Below, piece after piece: positions 58,447-64,000 of a stretch of 64,000 nt of DNA. The position numbers were made by a program, and so were the translations under genes. The notes below the pieces were generated by a model that saw only the letters and a list, made by a program, of their open reading frames with translations, was not told where the DNA came from and did not search any database. The first letter of the stretch is position 1; each line of letters begins with the position of its first letter. The stretch lies in NCBI GenBank assembly GCA_918234285.1, contig CAKJXZ020000003.1, forward strand, positions 64,001 through 128,000, in the 5' to 3' direction. Origin of the DNA: Pseudomonadota bacterium (GTDB lineage: Bacteria > Pseudomonadota > Alphaproteobacteria > RF32 > CAG-239).

Positions 58447-61062
58447 TTAACCCATATCCTTGCCCATTCTGCTCTTAATCATAGCATTCAAAGCCTGCTC
58501 GCCGTTACCGGAAACAGAAGAAGCTTTTTCCGCACCGGCCTCAACCGCAGAGCCCGGAACAACTTTCTTCGGAGCTGTCGGTACAGCGTAATCGGTGGAT
58601 TGCTTATCCTTTTCCATCCAACCTGCATTACTTCCCGTCTTGTACGGCTGTTCCTTGGTGGTGATAACCGCACCGTCATCAGCATGACCATCAACCGGTG
58701 TCGGAGCAGGAACAGGAGCCGGTTCCGGTTCAGGAACAGGGGCCGGTTCCGGTTCAGGTTTCGGCTCAACAACCTTCTTAACCACTGCCTTAAAGTGCTC
58801 CCAGTAGCTTACGTGAGCGCAATTAACGTCACCGGCCTTATGCATCAAATCGGAAGTACCGACATAGCGGTTGTTGTTAAGGTGCTCCAAACTCTTATCC
58901 AAGTCATCACCGCTGGCCGTAATGCGATTCAACGTATTACCGAGATCTTCGGCAGAAACATTCACTTTTTCTTCGCAGAAGATAATGTGATTCAAAGCCT
59001 TAATTTCGGTTGCATTGGTCCAATAATCCGGTTCACCGTTAACCATCGTGGATTGAATCAATCCGCCGGAAACGTATTCACCTTTTTCACGCCAAGCGAT
59101 GAGGTGCAGATACTTATACATAATCTCACCAACTGGTTTATCCGGCAAAGCACCGTTATCGATAGCTTTCTGAATATTGTCTGCCATCTTTTGAGTAACT
59201 TCTTCCATATTATCCGGATTTACATCCCAACCGTAGATTTTAGCATATTCGGCAGCCTGACCTTGAACATGGTTTTCAATCCATTTTTCCTGACCGGAAG
59301 AAATACCCTCTCTCCAATCGGCATGGGTAACTTCAACCGGAGCAGCATCGGCATTACCACCATTACCGCCGTTATCGGCAACCGGAGCTTCATTTTGATT
59401 ATCGTTCAACGGAGCGAAGTGGTCCGGATTATGGTCAACACCCATATTATAGTCGGCATTATAAGCATCAGCTGCACTGTTGGCCATGCAGAATTCCGAC
59501 AAACCGGTACCCAAAATGCTGAGGTAGAAGTAAGTACGAGCCTTCTTGTAACCCTTCAAGCTCTCCGCTGTCTGGTCTTCCTGATATTGCTGCTCAGCTT
59601 CTTTCATTTGTGCATGAGCATTGACGTTGCCGCCGATCATACGCGTACCGGAGGAAATCGCTCTGGTACCCATATAAGCACCGGCACCGGCCAAACCTAA
59701 CACAGCACCGCCGCCGACAATTACCGGAGTGGCCAAACCGACAATCGCCGCACTGGCCAAACCGTACTTTCTGTTGGTACGTCTTTGACGATCGAATCTC
59801 TCTTTTTCTTTTGGATTCGCCATAATGGATTTATAAGCGTTACGAATACCGTTCCAACCTTTCCAGTTAGCGATTTCCTGTTCGTTACCGCTGGCTTGGG
59901 CAGCCTTATAGTTGGCATGTTTCTTTTCCCAAATCGTCCACTTAGACGGAGCAAACGATTGGTAAACACCATAAGCCGCAGCAGCAGCCAAGCCCGCCGG
60001 AATGGAATACAGAGCCGCACCCACCATACCGGCCGCAGCCAAAGTATTGGTAATACCGCGTCTGTGCGAGAAGTAACCGAACAAATCTCTACCGAATTCA
60101 ACCGGAGTCATACCGCAATGCTTTTCAACAAATCTGTTGAATTTTTCCAACTTGCGCGACAGCCAGGAACCGGACTTTTCTTTGCCGGCTTCATTTAATC
60201 TATCGACCTTATCCTGCATCTTCTCTTTGGTAGATTCGATGCTGGAATAGAACTGATTGGCTTGAATCTTAACTTTTTTACCGTCAATAAAATCTTTTAC
60301 GGCTTTATCGTCATCGCCGAGCATCTGCAACATGTCGCCGCGGAAATTGGTAATAACATCATCTTTCAAAGCATCTTTCTGCTCATCATCACTCTTAGCG
60401 GCAAAAGCGGCATCGTCCATGTGAGCCATCGAAACTTCGTTCAAAGCGGCACGCATCTTAGTCAGCCAGATTTCATTTTCATCTTCAACAGCCGCACCTT
60501 CTTCGTCAACAATGCTTACCTGATTACTGACTTTATTGATTTCGCTAATGCAAACGTTACGGAAATCATCACCGTCAAGAATACTGTCGATTTTTTCGGC
60601 ATTGGCAACAATTGCATCATCGCTCATGCTCGGAGTCTGTTTTTGAACGGTTTCCTGCTTTTCCTGAATATGTTTCATTTTATCGGTTTCGGCAATCATG
60701 GCTTCGATAGCATCGCCTTTTTCCGGATCTTCTTTGATTTCCGGCAATTCGCGCATCATTTTCAATGCTTCTTTGCGCAAATCCTTACTTTTGGACGCAC
60801 TCAAGAACTCGGCAATCTTTTCCAATTCAGCCGTGTCATTTTCTGCGCGTGCCACATCTGCACGATACAATGCGTTCAGTTCCTTAAGTAACGGACGATT
60901 GTTATCAAAATCCTTAATGGTTGCCAATACGCCGTTATCCGGATCATGCTCTTTTAAATATCTGATAGCCTGGTCCAAATCTTTGCCGTAGGCATACGAC
61001 TGAATAATTTTTTCTGCGTTTCTGATCTTGTCTTCAACCGCAGCATTTCTTTGATTTGCCAT
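58447..61062 (-). CDS. Large hypothetical protein (871 aa): helical N-half, central Gly/Ala-rich hydrophobic hairpins, Pro-Glu linker
   Basis: AAGGAG RBS, long ORF; no family recognised. Confidence 0.8.
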   Translation of the reverse strand: MANQRNAAVEDKIRNAEKIIQSYAYGKDLDQAIRYLKEHDPDNGVLATIKDFDNNRPLLKELNALYRADVARAENDTAELEKIAEFLSASKSKDLRKEALKMMRELPEIKEDPEKGDAIEAMIAETDKMKHIQEKQETVQKQTPSMSDDAIVANAEKIDSILDGDDFRNVCISEINKVSNQVSIVDEEGAAVEDENEIWLTKMRAALNEVSMAHMDDAAFAAKSDDEQKDALKDDVITNFRGDMLQMLGDDDKAVKDFIDGKKVKIQANQFYSSIESTKEKMQDKVDRLNEAGKEKSGSWLSRKLEKFNRFVEKHCGMTPVEFGRDLFGYFSHRRGITNTLAAAGMVGAALYSIPAGLAAAAAYGVYQSFAPSKWTIWEKKHANYKAAQASGNEQEIANWKGWNGIRNAYKSIMANPKEKERFDRQRRTNRKYGLASAAIVGLATPVIVGGGAVLGLAGAGAYMGTRAISSGTRMIGGNVNAHAQMKEAEQQYQEDQTAESLKGYKKARTYFYLSILGTGLSEFCMANSAADAYNADYNMGVDHNPDHFAPLNDNQNEAPVADNGGNGGNADAAPVEVTHADWREGISSGQEKWIENHVQGQAAEYAKIYGWDVNPDNMEEVTQKMADNIQKAIDNGALPDKPVGEIMYKYLHLIAWREKGEYVSGGLIQSTMVNGEPDYWTNATEIKALNHIIFCEEKVNVSAEDLGNTLNRITASGDDLDKSLEHLNNNRYVGTSDLMHKAGDVNCAHVSYWEHFKAVVKKVVEPKPEPEPAPVPEPEPAPVPAPTPVDGHADDGAVITTKEQPYKTGSNAGWMEKDKQSTDYAVPTAPKKVVPGSAVEAGAEKASSVSGNGEQALNAMIKSRMGKDMG

Positions 61063-61317
61063 TTGAAAACTCCTTTAAGTGCATATTTCGTCATTATTTC
61101 TGCACCGACTATACACCCATTTTTACTATTTTGCAACACTTTTTTGTCGAAAAATGCATTTTTTTTATATTTTTTTTCTAAATATCCCGAATCAGCCTTA
61201 TTTTAGGCGCTTTGACAAATTGAAGAAAATTACATTTTTGGTTAAAAATAAAAAAATCTTGCTTTATCGTCGCGAACATAATATAACAGCGACATTATAA
61301 TATATAGGGAAAAAGTT

Positions 61318-62400
61318 ATGAAAGTTGATTTGTTTGATTTCGATTTGGATAAAGAGCTGATTGCCAAAGAGCCGGCGAATCCGCGTGATTCATCGCGATT
61401 GCTGGATTTATCGGAAGAAAACACCATTACCGACCGCCATTTTTACGACTTGCCGCAAATCCTCAAGTCGGGCGATGTTATGGTGTTTAACGATACCAAA
61501 GTTATCCCGGCGCGGCTCTACGGCAAGCGGGGCGAAGCCCTGGTCGAGGTTACGCTGTATCACCCGGACGACGGCATTCGCTGGTGGTCGTTTATCAAAA
61601 ATTCCAAACGCCTGCATGTCGGCGATACCATTCATTTTTACAATGCCGACATTACCGCCGAAGAATCCTACTTTTCCGCCGATATTTTGCAAAAAGACAC
61701 CGAGGACGGCGTGTTTATCAAATTCAATTGCGAGCCGGATAAATTGGGCGTCATGCTCGAAAAATACGGTTCTATGCCGCTACCGCCTTACATCAAACGC
61801 GACAAGCCTTTGGCCGGATTATGGAATCCGTATAACGACAAAGAAAACTATCAAACGGTTTATGCCAAATATGAGGGTGCGGTTGCCGCTCCCACCGCCG
61901 GCTTACATTTTACCGACCGCCTCTTAAAAGAAATCGACAATATGGGAGTCAAACGTGTGTTTTTAACGCTGCACGTCGGAGCCGGTACCTTTTTGCCGGT
62001 CAAAACCGAAGACACCAAAGACCATAAAATGCACGCCGAATACGGTGTTATCTCTCCGGAGACCGCCGACCTCATCAATCAAGCCAAGAAGGAAGGACGC
62101 CGTATTATCGCCGTCGGCACCACTTCGGTTCGCCTTTTGGAGAGTGCCGCCGATGACCGGGGCATTCTGCATCCTTTTTGCGGTGAAACCGATATTTTCA
62201 TCACACCCGGCTATAAATTTAAGATGCTGGATATGATTATCACCAACTTTCATCTGCCGAAGTCAACTTTATTTATGCTGATTTGTGCCATTGCCGGCAC
62301 CGAACGGATGAAGGCGGCCTATGCTCACGCCATTGCCGAGCGCTATCGTTTTTATTCGTACGGCGACAGCTCTATTTTAAAATGTATAAATAAAATTTAA
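61318..62400 (+). CDS. queA: S-adenosylmethionine:tRNA ribosyltransferase-isomerase
   Basis: VFNDTKVIPARL, PLPPYI, YQTVYA, AAPTAGLHF, LHVGAGTF, TNFHLPKSTL, YRFYSYGD. Confidence 0.97.
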   Translation: MKVDLFDFDLDKELIAKEPANPRDSSRLLDLSEENTITDRHFYDLPQILKSGDVMVFNDTKVIPARLYGKRGEALVEVTLYHPDDGIRWWSFIKNSKRLHVGDTIHFYNADITAEESYFSADILQKDTEDGVFIKFNCEPDKLGVMLEKYGSMPLPPYIKRDKPLAGLWNPYNDKENYQTVYAKYEGAVAAPTAGLHFTDRLLKEIDNMGVKRVFLTLHVGAGTFLPVKTEDTKDHKMHAEYGVISPETADLINQAKKEGRRIIAVGTTSVRLLESAADDRGILHPFCGETDIFITPGYKFKMLDMIITNFHLPKSTLFMLICAIAGTERMKAAYAHAIAERYRFYSYGDSSILKCINKI

Positions 62401-62440
62401 ACGCTTTTGTTTTATCCTTTTGCTCTAAAGGAGAAAAACA

Positions 62441-63613
62441 GTGTTTATCAAACCGCCGGAGAATATAAAATACATTTTTTCAACCATCAAAAGTTCGTTT
62501 TTGCCGGCTGTTATTCTGTTTATCGGACTGATTGCGTTTTATGCGCAAAATCCTTACGAAGACAATGTCGCCACCGTATTGCATTATTTATTTTTTCTGG
62601 TGGCGTCCGTAAACATCGCTTTACTGTGCATTTCTAACCAATCCAAGCCTCTGTTCAGTCTGTTACTCGGTGTCGTCAGTTATATAATCATTAATCAGCT
62701 GAAAATGTCGTATGGAGAAAATTATATTTCGTCTACGGAATTTTATTGCCTTTGCTTTATTTTGCCGATTAATTTTGTTTTCTTATATTTTCTGCCGCAA
62801 TCAAAATTACAGGAAAAACGTAACACCTATTTATTGCTCGGTTTATTGGCGCTGACTGCCCTGTTGTCGCACCTTCACTCCGTGTTTGCGTTTATTCCGC
62901 ACATAGATATCACCCTGGAGGCGATTCCGTTGTGGGCTTGCGTATTTTGGATTGTTTTGTTGGCACCGTTGGCAATCAACATCAGTTTCAAAAACACCAT
63001 TGTCAACACCGGTCTGTTTTATGCGGTTGCCAGTCTGTTTATGGGAATTGTTTATTCCAATTCGCCGTCGGGTTTAACCACGTTCTTTTTGGGATTTGCT
63101 CTGATTCTGCTGTGCGTGACCGTCTTAAATCTTTATCGCAGCTTTAATTACGATGAATTGGAAAACGTCGGCAGCAAAATCGCCTATATGAATCATGCCA
63201 ATTCCAAATTCCCGTTTAAATATACTATTGCCTTGTTCAGTATTGACAACCGCGATAAACTGCTCAGCGCCATCGGAGAAGCCCAATGCAAGGTACTCGA
63301 TCAAATGGTGGTTAACCGCATCTTGGAAATGCCGTATAATTTCAGTATTTATCGCTATAACGAGGCTGAATTGATTTTAGTTTTCAAAAACGAAGATGCC
63401 CGCCATGTCAAGGAATTCGCCGACAACATCCGTCGCAACATTGCCGCCGCAGAATTTGTTTTTGCCTCACGCAAGAGTGTCAAAATCACTATTTCTGTGT
63501 GTGTTTCGGAAAAAACCCGTAAGGATTTGGATGCCGCCGAAGTTACCGAGCGTACCCATAATGCGCTACAAAAAAACTATCGTTTCAATTGCAATATCAT
63601 TACCGTAGCTTAG
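62441..63613 (+). CDS. Multi-TM protein with a degenerate GGDEF domain
   Basis: About 8 TM helices, then IDN..K....G, YRYNEAEL in place of Rx[13 protein letters not shown]; GTG start with AAGGAG. Confidence 0.7.
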   Translation: MFIKPPENIKYIFSTIKSSFLPAVILFIGLIAFYAQNPYEDNVATVLHYLFFLVASVNIALLCISNQSKPLFSLLLGVVSYIIINQLKMSYGENYISSTEFYCLCFILPINFVFLYFLPQSKLQEKRNTYLLLGLLALTALLSHLHSVFAFIPHIDITLEAIPLWACVFWIVLLAPLAINISFKNTIVNTGLFYAVASLFMGIVYSNSPSGLTTFFLGFALILLCVTVLNLYRSFNYDELENVGSKIAYMNHANSKFPFKYTIALFSIDNRDKLLSAIGEAQCKVLDQMVVNRILEMPYNFSIYRYNEAELILVFKNEDARHVKEFADNIRRNIAAAEFVFASRKSVKITISVCVSEKTRKDLDAAEVTERTHNALQKNYRFNCNIITVA

Positions 63614-64000
63614 CTTTTTGCGCCCGTTCGCAGCAAACAGCGACCGCACAGCCATACACCCAGCAACGTAATCGGCACGGAAAGCCATTGTCCCATGGTC
63701 ATTCCGAGCCACAAAAATCCGAGTTGCGCATCAGGTTCGCGAAATTGTTCAACCGCCAGACGGCACAGCGCATATCCCAATAAAAATGCGCCGGAAATAA
63801 AGCCGGTATTCTCGCGACACCATTTATTGCGCCACATTAAATTAAGCACAATAAACAAACATATTCCTTCCAAACAGGCCTCATAAATTTGCGACGGGTG
63901 TCGCGGCAGATATCCGCCGCGCGGAAAACGCACCGCCCACGCCACATCGGTCACGCGCCCCCATAATTCGTCGTTGATAAAATTGGCCAATCTGCCGAAA
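63610..64000 (-). CDS. lgt: Prolipoprotein diacylglyceryl transferase, 5' part outside window
   Basis: [35 protein letters not shown]. Confidence 0.95.
   Translation of the reverse strand, partial: FGRLANFINDELWGRVTDVAWAVRFPRGGYLPRHPSQIYEACLEGICLFIVLNLMWRNKWCRENTGFISGAFLLGYALCRLAVEQFREPDAQLGFLWLGMTMGQWLSVPITLLGVWLCGRCLLRTGAKS

Noticed and set aside
58369-59700. 443-aa plus-strand ORF
   Set aside because: Antisense shadow of the 871-aa gene; no RBS and shadow-like composition.

Overview
A 64-kb chromosomal window of an alphaproteobacterium (ctrA, gcrA, TIGR01459-type HAD hydrolase, Zn-free L36). The presence of hydE suggests an anaerobic, probably gut, lineage (inference). It is mostly housekeeping genes (ettA, rpmJ, htpX, rplKA, kdsB, tilS, cpoB, pal, mraZ-rsmH-ftsL-ftsI, fabDG, ftsK, rpsD, queA, lgt) plus three tRNAs, mixed with lineage-specific orphans. 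Main highlights: (1) Between ftsK and rpsD, with no phage genes nearby, lies a MuF (phage minor-head) domain gene fused to a GH24/T4-type lysozyme. It is followed by an orphan alternative lysozyme cassette and a third stub, with convergent secreted candidate immunity genes in between. A repeated block joins the MuF junction and the immunity promoter/signal peptide back to back, which looks like a polymorphic toxin cassette array. (2) The MuF gene is split by a precise 163-bp structured insert, and relatives of that insert sit downstream of tRNA-Pro and tRNA-Glu. (3) All three tRNAs carry downstream repeats containing antisense and sense copies of their own 3' half. (4) A covarying ~103-bp palindrome sits at the stop codon of four housekeeping genes, three of them with stacked half-copies. 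(5) Several odd proteins occur: a serine-less ACP-like pair, a stand-alone RNAP alpha-CTD-like protein, a Cys-substituted NADAR protein, an orphan FcoT thioesterase and a Cys-rich repeat protein. All family calls come from motif recognition by eye; no database search was run.
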